The position numbers and the translations under genes are program-made. This document shows positions 18,793 to 28,547 of a DNA stretch of 64,000 nucleotides, piece after piece. The stretch is taken from positions 701,241-765,240 of the forward strand of contig CAWCJH010000002.1 in NCBI GenBank assembly GCA_963795695.1, given 5' to 3'. The DNA is from Vulcanimicrobiota bacterium. Its GTDB lineage: Bacteria > Vulcanimicrobiota > Vulcanimicrobiia > Vulcanimicrobiales > Vulcanimicrobiaceae. The first letter of the stretch is position 1, and every line of letters starts with the position of its first letter. The notes under the pieces are model-generated. The model was given only the letters and a program-made list of their open reading frames with translations, was not told the origin of the DNA and did no database searches.

Positions 18793-21546
18793 GTGAGCCT
18801 CCGCCGATTCCTCGCCGCCGCTGCCGTCCTGGCGGGCCTGCTGCTCCCCGTGCGCGCGCCGGCCGCGGTCGTCTCGTACTCCGCGCCGGCCGGCAACCTG
18901 CCCGCCGGCCACGTCCTGCGCGGCGGCGGGCCGTTCGACGCGATCCTCCCGTCGGGCCGCTTGGTCACGCCGGCCGGGCAGAGCGTGCTGACCGGGATGA
19001 ACGCGCTCGGCGTCGCGCTCGCGCCCGACGGCCGCTTCGCCGTGGTCAGCGACGACGACGAGCGCGAGGGCAAGGTCCACGCGCTGAGCGACCCCGACGC
19101 CACCGGCGGCTTCTCGCTCGCGGTGGTCGACACCGCGACGATGACGGTGGTCAGCCGCTACCCGGCCCCGGCCGGCGAGGCGTACTGGGTCGGCCTGCTG
19201 GCCGTGCCCGATCCCGCCCATGCCGGCCGCACGCTGGTCCTCGCCGCCGGCGGGCCGACCAACGAGGTCTACGCGTTCGGGCTCGACGCGCAGGGCCGGC
19301 TGACCCCCGACGAGCACCACGCCATCGCGATCCCCGGCCCGACCGATCCGGCCTTCGGCGACTTCAACCACAGCTATCCCGGCACGCTCGTGCTCGCGGC
19401 CGGCGGCCGGCTGGCGTACGTGGTCGACGAGGCCGGCGACGCGGTCGGCACGATCGACCTGGCGACCCGGACGGTGACCGGCGTGCCGCAGCGGGTCGGC
19501 GACTTTCCGTTCGGCGCGGCGCTGGCCGGGAACCGGCTGCTCGTCACCGACGAGGGCCTGATGCGCTACGCGAACCTGCCGCAGACGGTCGCGGCGCCGC
19601 CGTTCCGCACCCCGCCGGCCGACGAGCTGCACGCCTCCGCGCTCTCGCTGGTCGGGGTCGGCGCGGACGGCCAGCTCGGCGCGCCGGCAGACGCGAGCGC
19701 GCTCGAGCCGGCGGCGATCCCGATGGACCCTGCGCCCGACGGCCTGCGCAGCGTCGGCGGCGCGCACCCGACCGCGGTCGCCGCCACGCCGGATGGGGCC
19801 TACGCCTTCGTCGCGATGACCAACGTCGACCGGATCGCGACCGTGTCGCTGGCCGGCGCGCCGCGGGTCGTCGGCGGCACCGAGCTGCGGCTGTTCGACC
19901 GCGGGCCGTACGGCACGCAGCCGGCGGCGCTGGCGCTCTCGCGCGACGGCTCGCGGCTCTACGTCGCGCTGGCCGGGCTCGACGCGGTCGCGGTGATCGA
20001 CGCGCGCGACCCGGTCCACCTGCACCGGCTGGGCCTGATCCCGACCGGCTGGTACCCGACCGCGCTGGCCCTCTCCGCCGACGACCGCACGCTCTACGTC
20101 GCCGACACCAAGGGCTTCGGCCACGAGGCCGGCTTCACCGGCGACCCGGCCACCGACGCCGACTCCAACGCGACCTGGTCGACGCTGCAGAAGATCGACC
20201 TGGCGGCGATCCGGCTCTCCGGCGCGACGCTCACCACGCTCAAGAACACGCGCCGCGTCCTCACCGCGCCGGCCCGCTATCCGAAGGGCATCACCAACGT
20301 GGTCGTGCTGCTCGAGGAGAACAAGACGTTCGACGCGATGCTGGGCGATCTGGGCGCGCCGTACGGCGACCCGGCGCTGGTCTCGTTCGGGCGCAGTGTG
20401 ACGCCCAATTTGCACGCGCTCGCGCAGCGCTACGGCCTCGCCGCCAACGTCTTCGCCGACGCCGAGGAGTCGGACGCCGGCCACCAGTTCTTCGCCGGCG
20501 GCCTGGCGACGCTGTACTCCGAGCGCACGCTGTTCGACAAGAGCGGCCGCCGGCCGCTGATCGACAAGAACGAGGACCCCGAGGACTACCCGCGCCTGGG
20601 CTACATCTTCAACGCGCTGCAGCGGCGCAATCTGTCGTACCGCGACTACGGCGACCTGGTGCGCGTGTCGGGCTACGACGAAGGCGGCGCGCCCGATCCC
20701 AAGACCGACGACCCCGACTTCGCCGGCATCGACGACGCGCAAGCGCCGACCTCGAACCTGGGCGGGCTGTACGCCGAGGACGTGCCCGCGCCCGCCGCGC
20801 TGGCCGGTCACGTCGACCTGCGCTACCCGGGCTGGAACCTGCGCATCCGCGACGAGCGGCGCGCGCGCGAGTTCGTGCGCGACTACGGCGCGCTCGTCGC
20901 CGCGCACCGCCAGCCGCGCTACACCTACGTCTGGCTGCCGGCCGACCACACCGGGGCCGGACCCGGCATCCCGCCGATTCCCGAAGAGGTCGCCGACGGC
21001 GACCGGGCGCTCGGCGAGATCGTGCAGTACCTCTCGCACCTGCCGTCGTGGCGCCACACCGCGATCTTCATCACGCCCGACGACGCGCAGTCCTCGCGCG
21101 ACCACGTCGACGAGTACCGCACCTACGCGCTGGTCGTCTCGCCGTACGCGAAGCGGCACTACGCCGGCCTGCACCACCTCTCGACGGTCAGCGTGCTCAA
21201 GACCAGCGAGCAGCTCTTGGGCCTGACCCCGCTCTCGCTGGGCGACCTGCTCGCCGGCGACATGAGCGACTTCTTCACGGCCGTGCCCGACCCGCGCCCG
21301 TACGCCGCCATCCCGGTCCCGCCGCAGACCGCCAGCGCCGAAGGCAACCGGATCGCCGCGCTGCTGGGCCGGACCGACCAGAGCAGCGCCGACGCCGACA
21401 CCGCTCGCGGCGCCCGGATCGTCGACCTCTCGCGGCGCGCCGACGCGCTGGCCGCCCGGCGCCGCGCCCTCGCGCCGGGGACCTACGCCCGCCTGCAGGC
21501 CGCGCTCTACGCGCGGGCGCTGGCGGTCCTGGACGGGCCGGGGTAG
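18793..21546 (+). CDS. secreted bifunctional YncE-family beta-propeller / phosphoesterase (PLC-acid phosphatase family) protein
   Basis: Signal peptide. Repeated beta-propeller blades. The C-terminal half begins VVVLLEENKTFDAMLGDLG, typical of the phosphoesterase family. Confidence 0.75.
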   Translation: MSLRRFLAAAAVLAGLLLPVRAPAAVVSYSAPAGNLPAGHVLRGGGPFDAILPSGRLVTPAGQSVLTGMNALGVALAPDGRFAVVSDDDEREGKVHALSDPDATGGFSLAVVDTATMTVVSRYPAPAGEAYWVGLLAVPDPAHAGRTLVLAAGGPTNEVYAFGLDAQGRLTPDEHHAIAIPGPTDPAFGDFNHSYPGTLVLAAGGRLAYVVDEAGDAVGTIDLATRTVTGVPQRVGDFPFGAALAGNRLLVTDEGLMRYANLPQTVAAPPFRTPPADELHASALSLVGVGADGQLGAPADASALEPAAIPMDPAPDGLRSVGGAHPTAVAATPDGAYAFVAMTNVDRIATVSLAGAPRVVGGTELRLFDRGPYGTQPAALALSRDGSRLYVALAGLDAVAVIDARDPVHLHRLGLIPTGWYPTALALSADDRTLYVADTKGFGHEAGFTGDPATDADSNATWSTLQKIDLAAIRLSGATLTTLKNTRRVLTAPARYPKGITNVVVLLEENKTFDAMLGDLGAPYGDPALVSFGRSVTPNLHALAQRYGLAANVFADAEESDAGHQFFAGGLATLYSERTLFDKSGRRPLIDKNEDPEDYPRLGYIFNALQRRNLSYRDYGDLVRVSGYDEGGAPDPKTDDPDFAGIDDAQAPTSNLGGLYAEDVPAPAALAGHVDLRYPGWNLRIRDERRAREFVRDYGALVAAHRQPRYTYVWLPADHTGAGPGIPPIPEEVADGDRALGEIVQYLSHLPSWRHTAIFITPDDAQSSRDHVDEYRTYALVVSPYAKRHYAGLHHLSTVSVLKTSEQLLGLTPLSLGDLLAGDMSDFFTAVPDPRPYAAIPVPPQTASAEGNRIAALLGRTDQSSADADTARGARIVDLSRRADALAARRRALAPGTYARLQAALYARALAVLDGPG

Positions 21547-21555
21547 GATCGGGGC

Positions 21556-21966
21556 ATGCGCTCCGACGTCGTGCTCCTGATCCTCCGGCTGGTCTTGGCC
21601 GTGGTGCTCTTCCCGCACGGCGCCCAGAAGGCGCTGGGGCTCTTTCACGGCCCCGGCATCGCCGGGACCGTCGGCTTCATGAGCCACATGGGCATTCCGG
21701 CGGTCCTGGCCTACCTGGTGATCGCGGTCGAGTTCCTCGGCCCCATCGCGCTCGTGCTCGGGGTGCTGACGCGCCTGGTCGCGCTCGGGATCGCGGTCGA
21801 CATGGCCGTCGCCGCGCTGCTGGTCCACCTGCCCAACGGCTTCTTCATGAACTGGGGCGGCCACCAGGCGGGCGAGGGGATCGAGTACTTCGTCTACGCG
21901 GTCGGGATCGCGCTCGCGCTGGTCGTCGGCGGCGGCGGCCGCTACGCGCTGGTCAAGCGCTTCTGA
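21556..21966 (+). CDS. DoxX family membrane protein
   Basis: 136-aa protein with four TM helices and a typical DoxX N-terminus (LILRLVLAVVLFPHGAQK). Confidence 0.75.
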   Translation: MRSDVVLLILRLVLAVVLFPHGAQKALGLFHGPGIAGTVGFMSHMGIPAVLAYLVIAVEFLGPIALVLGVLTRLVALGIAVDMAVAALLVHLPNGFFMNWGGHQAGEGIEYFVYAVGIALALVVGGGGRYALVKRF

Positions 21967-23395
21967 CCGCGCGCTCGCGGCGCGGCGCCACCGCGGCCAC
22001 CACGCCCAGCACCGCGGCGTTGCACGCGAGCGCGATCAGGCCCGTGTTCACGCCGTGGACCTGGCTCGTGCCGGTGACCGTGAACCCGATCAGCACGGCG
22101 AGCCCGGCGACGATGCCGGCCCCCACCGCGAGCGCCGGCGGGCGGCGCGCGGCGACGCCCAGCGCGGCGCCCGGGAAGAGCTGCGTGATGCCGTTGTACG
22201 CGATCAGCAGCAGGCCCACCAGCGTGGTCCTGGCCAGCGCCCAGAAGCCGAACGCGAGCAGCGCGACGACCAGCACGAGCACGCGGGTGAGCCGCGTCTG
22301 CGCAGCGTCGTCGCGCGCGATGCCGACCTCGGCGAACACGTTCTTGGCCACGATGCTGGCGGCGGCGAGGATCTGGACCGACGCCGGCACGAGCCCGGCG
22401 AGCACGCCGGCCGCGGCGATCAGCCCGAGCAGCCAAGCCGGATAGTAGCGCTGCACGACCACCAGGAACGACTCGTCGGCAGCCGAGCCGCGCAATCCCG
22501 GCACGATCTCGAGCGCGGCGAAGCCGGCGAAGAAGACCAGCAGCAGCATCACCTGGTAGAACGGCAGGTAGATCGCGTTGCGGCGCAGCGTGTCCTCGTC
22601 GCGCGCGCTGTAGATCGCCGCCATCGCCTGCGGCCACATCAAGAAGCCGCAGGTCGTCAGCACGACGGTCGAGATGACCCAGGTGATGCCGTTGGGGGCG
22701 CTGGGGCCGGCGATCGTCAGCCAGCCCGGGTGGTCGCGCAGCACCGCATCCAGCGCCCCGGCCGGCGAGCCGAAGAAGTGGACCGGCAGCACGATTCCGG
22801 CGAACACGACCCCGGCCAGCACGAGCGCGTCCTTGACCACGCTGGCCCAGGCCGCGCCGCGCAGCCCGGTGACGTACGTGAAGAGCGTGATCAGCGCGAA
22901 CGCGACCGCCACGGCGACCAGCGGGTCGATCGCGCCGTAGCCGGCGATGCGCAACAGGATCTGCACCCCGGTCAGCTGGAGCGTGGCGTACGGGACGAGC
23001 ATCACGAAGCCGACCAGCGCGACCAGGACGCCGAGCGGGCGGCTCGCGTAGCGGTCGGCGAAGAAATCAGGCCCGGTGAGCATGCCGCGCTCGCGCGCGA
23101 TACGGTGGATCGGCGGCGCCAGGAAGTACGAGAGGATGTACGCCAGCGCGCCGTAGCAGAGGATGTAGTAGGCCGGTGCGCCTCTGCCGTACGCCCAGCC
23201 GGCGGCGCCCAGGAAGGTGAACGTCGTGTAGGTCTCGCCGGCCAGGAGCAGCCACAGCAGGAGCGCGCCGAAGCTGCGGCCGCCGACGATGTACTGGCTG
23301 GGGTTCATCCGCACGCCGCGCACGCCGAGCAGACCCAGGATCAGCGTCCCGGCGATCACCGCCCCGACGATCGCCAGCGCGACGACCGCGCTCAC
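21953..23395 (-). CDS. sodium:solute symporter (SSS family)
   Basis: About 13 TM helices. The SQYIVGGRSFG motif follows TM1. GTG at 23395. Confidence 0.8.
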   Translation of the reverse strand: MSAVVALAIVGAVIAGTLILGLLGVRGVRMNPSQYIVGGRSFGALLLWLLLAGETYTTFTFLGAAGWAYGRGAPAYYILCYGALAYILSYFLAPPIHRIARERGMLTGPDFFADRYASRPLGVLVALVGFVMLVPYATLQLTGVQILLRIAGYGAIDPLVAVAVAFALITLFTYVTGLRGAAWASVVKDALVLAGVVFAGIVLPVHFFGSPAGALDAVLRDHPGWLTIAGPSAPNGITWVISTVVLTTCGFLMWPQAMAAIYSARDEDTLRRNAIYLPFYQVMLLLVFFAGFAALEIVPGLRGSAADESFLVVVQRYYPAWLLGLIAAAGVLAGLVPASVQILAAASIVAKNVFAEVGIARDDAAQTRLTRVLVLVVALLAFGFWALARTTLVGLLLIAYNGITQLFPGAALGVAARRPPALAVGAGIVAGLAVLIGFTVTGTSQVHGVNTGLIALACNAAVLGVVAAVAPRRERAVRSA

Positions 23396-23580
23396 GTCCG
23401 CTCGCTCCGGTAGACGACCCACAGGAACAGCGGGGTCAGTGCGACCCACGCGACGATCCAGGCCAGCACGAACGGCAGCCCCAGGATGCGCGGCTCGAGG
23501 CGGTTCGCGAACGCCAGGCCCAGGGTCAGGGCGAGCGCCGGGACGGCGGCGCAGACGACGGCGGTGGTGCGGCGCGGCAT
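23392..23580 (-). CDS. small two-TM membrane protein (DUF3311-like), putative SSS-transporter accessory subunit
   Basis: 62 aa (MPRRTTAVVCAAVPALALTLGLAF...LAWIVAWVALTPLFLWVVY). Its stop overlaps the transporter start as GTGA. It is part of an otherwise artefactual long track ORF. Confidence 0.55.
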   Translation of the reverse strand: MPRRTTAVVCAAVPALALTLGLAFANRLEPRILGLPFVLAWIVAWVALTPLFLWVVYRSERT

Positions 23581-23593
23581 GGCTTTCCTGTTC

Positions 23594-23611
23594 CCCGGTG
23601 GGAACCGGGGG
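23594..23611. promoter_or_regulatory. inverted repeat CCCCGGT-ggga-ACCGGGG in the divergent intergenic region
   Basis: 7-bp perfect stem seen in the sequence. It lies between the DUF3311-like gene and the DDAH gene. Confidence 0.2.
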
Positions 23612-23637
23612 ACCGGGCCGCAGAACAGGAACCGGTC

Positions 23638-24486
23638 GTGATCGTGAAGCCCTACGCCGCCCCGTACTCGGCCTTCGACGCCGGCGCCCTCGCCGGCGCC
23701 GTCGTGCTGCGGCCGTCGACGGCCGTCGACCGCCTGCCGCCGCTCAAGGCCGAGCCCGCGCCGATCGCCGAGCGGGCGCAGGAACAGCACGCCATCCTGG
23801 TCCGCACCCTGCGCGACCACGGCGTCGAGGTCGCCGAGATCGCCGCCCGCAGCGAGAGCCCGACCGAGTCGCTGGTCGGCGACTGCGCCCTCGTGCTGCC
23901 GCAGGGCGCGGTGCTGGCCCGGCCCTCGCAGACCGAGCGCCGGGCCGAGGTCGCCGCGGTCGAGGCGCAGCTGGCCGAGCTGGGCATCCCGGTGATCGGC
24001 CGGATCGAGGCGCCCGGTCTGCTCGATGCGACCGACGTCGCGATCGCGCCCGACCGCATCTTCATCGGCGTGCCGCGAGCCGGCGCCGGCCAGCGCGCCC
24101 GCTCCAACGAGCTCGGCCGGCGCCAGCTCGAGGCGCTCGCCGGCGGCCTGGGCTACCGGGTCGTCGAGCTGGCGGTCGCCAGCGACGTGGGCCGGCTGCG
24201 CAGCGTGTTCAACCTGGTCGGCACCGACACGGTGGTCGCCGCGCCCGAGCGGGTCGACCTGGTCGCCGCGACCGACCTGCGGGTGATCGAGGTGCCGCGC
24301 GGCGAGGAGCTGGCGGCCGGCGTGCTGGCCTTCGGCGAGCGCCGGGTGATCGCCAACCTGCGCTTCCGCGAGTCGATCGCGATCATGCGCAAGGCCAAGC
24401 TCGTCGTCGAGTCGATCGACCTGTGGGAGTTCGGCAAGGCCGGCTACGGCCCGCAGTCGCTGGTCCTCGCCGTGAAGCGTGGGTAG
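23638..24486 (+). CDS. dimethylarginine dimethylaminohydrolase / amidinotransferase-fold enzyme
   Basis: Overall DDAH-like fold pattern. Conserved C-terminal region (SIDLWEFGKAGYG...). Confidence 0.6.
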   Translation: MIVKPYAAPYSAFDAGALAGAVVLRPSTAVDRLPPLKAEPAPIAERAQEQHAILVRTLRDHGVEVAEIAARSESPTESLVGDCALVLPQGAVLARPSQTERRAEVAAVEAQLAELGIPVIGRIEAPGLLDATDVAIAPDRIFIGVPRAGAGQRARSNELGRRQLEALAGGLGYRVVELAVASDVGRLRSVFNLVGTDTVVAAPERVDLVAATDLRVIEVPRGEELAAGVLAFGERRVIANLRFRESIAIMRKAKLVVESIDLWEFGKAGYGPQSLVLAVKRG

Positions 24487-24501
24487 CACGGTGATCCCCG
24501 G

Positions 24502-25239
24502 ATGCGAATAGCCATCGTTTCCGACATCCACGGCAACGCGCACGCGCTCGGCCGCTGCCTGGACGACCTGCGCGAGCGGGGCGGTGCCGACGTGATCGTC
24601 GCGGCCGGCGACCTGTGCCTGGACGGTCCCAAGCCCGAGAAAGTCCTCGCCCGGCTCGACGCGGTCGGCGCCCAGTGCCTGCGCGGCAACACCGACCGCC
24701 TGATCGGCCTGGGTGACCTCGCGCAGATGGACGAGGAGGACGCGCGCGCGGTGAGCTGGGCGCGCGACCGGATCGGCCCGGAACGGACGCGCGGCCTGGC
24801 CGGCCTGCCGCTCACGCTGACCTTCGGCAACGGCGAGGACGGCCTGCTGGTCTGCCACGCCAACCCCCGCAGCGACGACGAGCACGTCTGGCCCGACGCG
24901 CACGACGACACGCTCGAGCGGCTCTTCGAGGGCGTGACGCAGCGGACGGTCGCCTTCGGCCACCTGCACCTGCCCTACGTGCGGGTCTGGCGCGGCCGCA
25001 CGCTGGTCAACGTGGCCTCGGCCGGGCTGCCCAAGGACGGCGACCCGCGCGCGCACTACGCGCTGCTCACCTGGCGCTCCGGCGGCTGGGAAGTGCAGTC
25101 GCGCCGGGTGCCCTTCGACGTCGAGAAAGTCGCGCGGCAGCTGCGCAAGAGCGGCATCCCCGACCTCGCGAAACGGCTGGCGACCCTGCACCGCCACCGC
25201 TACGCCCAGCTGCCGCCGCCGGGCGGCCTGATTCCCTGA
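24502..25239 (+). CDS. metallophosphoesterase (YfcE-like)
   Basis: IAIVSDIHGN ... GDL ... GNTD ... HLH metallophosphatase motifs. Confidence 0.8.
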   Translation: MRIAIVSDIHGNAHALGRCLDDLRERGGADVIVAAGDLCLDGPKPEKVLARLDAVGAQCLRGNTDRLIGLGDLAQMDEEDARAVSWARDRIGPERTRGLAGLPLTLTFGNGEDGLLVCHANPRSDDEHVWPDAHDDTLERLFEGVTQRTVAFGHLHLPYVRVWRGRTLVNVASAGLPKDGDPRAHYALLTWRSGGWEVQSRRVPFDVEKVARQLRKSGIPDLAKRLATLHRHRYAQLPPPGGLIP

Positions 25240-25336
25240 GCGGGCGGCAGCTTCCGAGCGGGCCGCAGGTGCTCGTCCCGCGCAACGAACGGCTTGCCGA
25301 AGCGGTCCAAGCAATGATGACGTCTTCGATGCGGTC

Positions 25337-26068
25337 ATGAACCACGCAGTGACACTGCCGGCACTCGAGATCGATGGGCTGGTGAAGCGCTACGGCGGCT
25401 TCACCGCGGTCGACGGCATCTCGTTCACGGTGAACGAAGGTGACTTCTTCGGGCTGCTCGGGCCCAACGGGGCCGGCAAGACGACGACGATCAACGCGAT
25501 CGTCGGGCTGGCCAAGATCTCGGGCGGCCGGATCACGCTCTTCGGGCACGACGTCGAGCGCGACTGGCGCGCCGCCCGGCGCACGGTCGGCCTCGCGCCG
25601 CAGGAGTACAACTTCGACCGCTATCTCAACATCCGCGACGTGCTGATCTACCAGGCCGGGTACTACGGCCTGCGCGGTCCGGCGGTCGCCGAGCGGGCCG
25701 ACCTGCTGCTCGAGCGCTTCGACCTGGCCTCCAAGGCCAAGCTGGTCTACACCAAGCTCTCGGGCGGGATGAAGCGCCGGCTGACCCTGGCGCGCGCGCT
25801 GATCCACGAGCCGCGGCTGGTGATCCTCGACGAGCCGACCGCCGGGGTCGACGTCGAGCTGCGGCTGGAGCTGTGGTCGCTGCTGCGCGAGCTCAACACC
25901 AAGGGGACGACGATCATCCTGACCACCCACTACCTGGAAGAGGCCGAGGAGCTCTGCGACCGGATCGGGATCATCCAGTCCGGCAAGCTGGTCGCGCTCG
26001 AGACGACCCAGCGGCTGATCGGCAGCGGCTCGCTGCAGGATGTCTTCCTGGAGCTGACCCGCAAGTGA
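25337..26068 (+). CDS. ABC transporter ATP-binding protein
   Basis: Walker A (GPNGAGKTT), ABC signature (LSGGMKRR) and Walker B (ILDEPTAGVD). Confidence 0.9.
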   Translation: MNHAVTLPALEIDGLVKRYGGFTAVDGISFTVNEGDFFGLLGPNGAGKTTTINAIVGLAKISGGRITLFGHDVERDWRAARRTVGLAPQEYNFDRYLNIRDVLIYQAGYYGLRGPAVAERADLLLERFDLASKAKLVYTKLSGGMKRRLTLARALIHEPRLVILDEPTAGVDVELRLELWSLLRELNTKGTTIILTTHYLEEAEELCDRIGIIQSGKLVALETTQRLIGSGSLQDVFLELTRK

Positions 26069-26844
26069 TGACGCTCGGCAACGCGGTCGGCTTCTGGACC
26101 CTCTCCAAGCGCGAGATGGTCCGCACCTTCTCGATCATCAACCAGGTCGTCTGGCCGCCGATCATCCAGACCCTGCTCTACGTGTTCGTCTTCGGCCTGG
26201 GGCTGGGCAGCCAGATCAAGAGCAGCATGCCGGGCGGCGTGTCGTACGCGCAGTTCCTGATCCCCGGCCTGATCATGCTGCAGGTGATCGACCAGACCTA
26301 CAGCGAGAGCTCGTCGTCGGTCTTCCAGGGCCGCTTCATGAACTCGATCCAGGAGCTCTTGATCGCGCCGCTCTCGGCGCTGGAGCTGGTGCTGGGCTAC
26401 GTCGTCTCGGGCGTGCTGCGGGCGCTCTGCATCGCGCTGCTGATCACCGGCCTGGGCGTCGTGCTGGTGCACACCGCGCCCAGCAACTGGGGGCTCTACC
26501 TGCTCACGATCGGCCTGGTGGCGATTCTCTTCTCCGCACTGGGCATCGTGTTCGGCCTGCTGGCCGAGAAGTTCGACCACATCGCGGTGATGACGACGTT
26601 CTTCATCACCCCGCTGGTGTTCGTGGGCGGCGTCTTCACCTCGACCCAGCGCCTGCCGCCGCTGGTGCAGCGCATCTCCGCCTTCAACCCGATGTTCCAC
26701 ATGATCGACGCCTTCCGCTACAGCTACAGCGGCGTCGGCGACGCGCCGCTGTGGCTGTCGCTGACCGTGGTGAGCGTGCTGGCCGCCGGGGCGGTCGCGG
26801 TGGCGCTGGTGATGACGGCGACCGGCTACAAGCTGCGCACGTAG
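26068..26844 (+). CDS. ABC-2 type transporter permease
   Basis: Six TM helices. Its start overlaps the ATPase stop (TGATG). Confidence 0.8.
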   Translation: MTLGNAVGFWTLSKREMVRTFSIINQVVWPPIIQTLLYVFVFGLGLGSQIKSSMPGGVSYAQFLIPGLIMLQVIDQTYSESSSSVFQGRFMNSIQELLIAPLSALELVLGYVVSGVLRALCIALLITGLGVVLVHTAPSNWGLYLLTIGLVAILFSALGIVFGLLAEKFDHIAVMTTFFITPLVFVGGVFTSTQRLPPLVQRISAFNPMFHMIDAFRYSYSGVGDAPLWLSLTVVSVLAAGAVAVALVMTATGYKLRT

Positions 26845-26908
26845 GCGGGTTCGCGTCCCCGCGAACCCGAGCCGCAACCCGGCGGCGGGCATACGCGTCG
26901 GTACGGGC

Positions 26909-28516
26909 ATGAAGCGACTCGTGCCGTGGCTGCTCGCTCCCGTGCTGGGCCTGGGACTCTGCGCCGCCGCGCCGGGGCCGGTGCAGCTCCCCGGACCGGT
27001 CGTCGGCCAGCCCGCGCCGGACTTCGCGCTGACCACGATCGACGGCAAGCGGGTGCGGCTGGCCGACTACCGCGGCCGGACGCTGGTCGTCAACGTCTGG
27101 GGCTCGTGGTGCCCGCCCTGCCGGCTGGAGACGCCGGACCTGGTGGCCGAGGCCAAGCGCGACGCGGGCAAGGTCGCGTTCCTGGGCGTCGACACGACCG
27201 AGACCGCTGCCGTCGTGCGGGCCTTCTCCGCCGCCAAGGGCGTGCCGTACCCGCAGGTCGCGACCACCGGCACGAGCGACTTCGCCCGGGCCTACGAGAT
27301 CCGCAACTACCCGACCACCTTCGTCATCGACCCGCAGGGCGTGCTCCGCGCGCGCCACGCCGACAACCTGTTGCCGGCGGCGCAACTGCGCAGCTACGTC
27401 GCGGCCGCGCAGCGGGGCGAGAACGGCGTCCTGACCAGCGCGTTCCAGCAGCAGCTCGACGCGCTGCTCGCACCCGCCCAGTACGGGCTGAACGGCGATC
27501 CGGCCACGGTCCGCGCCGGCGTCGCCCGGGCCGCCCAGGCGATCGCCAAGGCCAACGACCTGCTCGACGACGCGATGGACGACCCGGCCCGCGACCACGA
27601 CCTGATCCGCACCCAGACCGAAGAGGAGACGCTGCGCGCGGCGGCGATCATGGCCTTCGCGCCGCTCGCCTCGGGCGCCGCCGACGAGGCGCTGCTGGCG
27701 CGGCTGCGCGGCGACGAGGCCGCGGCGCTGGGCAAGTGGAGCGAGGCCGACGGCCAGTACGCGCTCGCGCTGAAGGCCTCGCCCGACGACGTCGAGACGC
27801 TCGGCGGCCAGGCCTACGCGGCCGCCCACCTCGGCGACGACGCGCGCGTCGCGGCGCTCGACGCTCGCATCGCGCAGCTCGCGCCCTCGTACGCGAGCTA
27901 CGTCGCCCTCGGCCGCGCCCAGGCCAAGCTCGGCCGGCCGGCCGACGCCGAGACCGCCTTCGCCCAGGCCCAGGCGCTGGCGAAGGCGCCGGTGCAGCTG
28001 GCCTGGACCGACCTCTACTACGGCCAAGCCGAAGCCGACCAGCACCGCGCGAGCCGAGCCCGGGAGCTGTTCGCCCAGGCGAGCGCCGCGGCGGCGCGCA
28101 TCCCGCGCGGCGACCCGCACCAGGCCTGGTACCTCGAGCGCGCCCAGGAGGGCACGGTGGCGCTGGCCGTCGCGCCGGGCTCGCCGCCGGCCCTCTCGCT
28201 CGCGCCGTGGACGGGGCCCGACCTGCCCGGCTCGATCGAGAGCACCTACAAGTACCGCCTGGTCGTCACCGGCGCGCCCGGGACCCGCGTCGCCCTCGCG
28301 GCGAACGGTTTGCCCCGGCGCTGGATCGGCTCGTTCTGCACCGACCGCGTCTGCGCGCCGTTCCGCACCGCCGTCGTGCTGCCCGCGGCGGGCGTCAAGA
28401 TCGTCGAGTTCCAAGTGGTCCCGACCAGCGCCGTGAGCGGGCCGGTGAACGTCTCGGTGGCCGCCGCGGCCGGCGGGCGCACGGTCGCCCGGGCCGGCAC
28501 GCTGGTGCGCGGCTAG
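26909..28516 (+). CDS. TlpA-like thiol:disulfide oxidoreductase fused to a TPR/helical region and a conserved C-terminal beta-rich domain
   Basis: Signal peptide. The thioredoxin fold carries the WCPPC active site. Ala-rich helical repeats follow. A C-terminal block (LSLAPWTGPDLPGS.ESTYKYRLVV...RWI.SFC.DR.CAPFRT) is shared with the downstream paralog. Confidence 0.75.
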   Translation: MKRLVPWLLAPVLGLGLCAAAPGPVQLPGPVVGQPAPDFALTTIDGKRVRLADYRGRTLVVNVWGSWCPPCRLETPDLVAEAKRDAGKVAFLGVDTTETAAVVRAFSAAKGVPYPQVATTGTSDFARAYEIRNYPTTFVIDPQGVLRARHADNLLPAAQLRSYVAAAQRGENGVLTSAFQQQLDALLAPAQYGLNGDPATVRAGVARAAQAIAKANDLLDDAMDDPARDHDLIRTQTEEETLRAAAIMAFAPLASGAADEALLARLRGDEAAALGKWSEADGQYALALKASPDDVETLGGQAYAAAHLGDDARVAALDARIAQLAPSYASYVALGRAQAKLGRPADAETAFAQAQALAKAPVQLAWTDLYYGQAEADQHRASRARELFAQASAAAARIPRGDPHQAWYLERAQEGTVALAVAPGSPPALSLAPWTGPDLPGSIESTYKYRLVVTGAPGTRVALAANGLPRRWIGSFCTDRVCAPFRTAVVLPAAGVKIVEFQVVPTSAVSGPVNVSVAAAAGGRTVARAGTLVRG

Positions 28517-28547
28517 GGCGGCCGGGCCGGGCGGAGAACTCGCACGC

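Noticed and set aside
16894-21864. 1656-aa minus-strand ORF, together with the 1351-aa plus ORF at 18390-22445
   Set aside because: Low-complexity R/G/A/P composition. Both are antisense or alternate frame to well-supported genes (response regulator, MocR, YncE-phosphoesterase, DoxX). Such ORFs are typical artefacts of 70% GC.
23392-25338. 648-aa minus-strand ORF
   Set aside because: Only the last 62 codons (23392-23580) look genuine (DUF3311-like). The rest is antisense to the DDAH and metallophosphoesterase genes.
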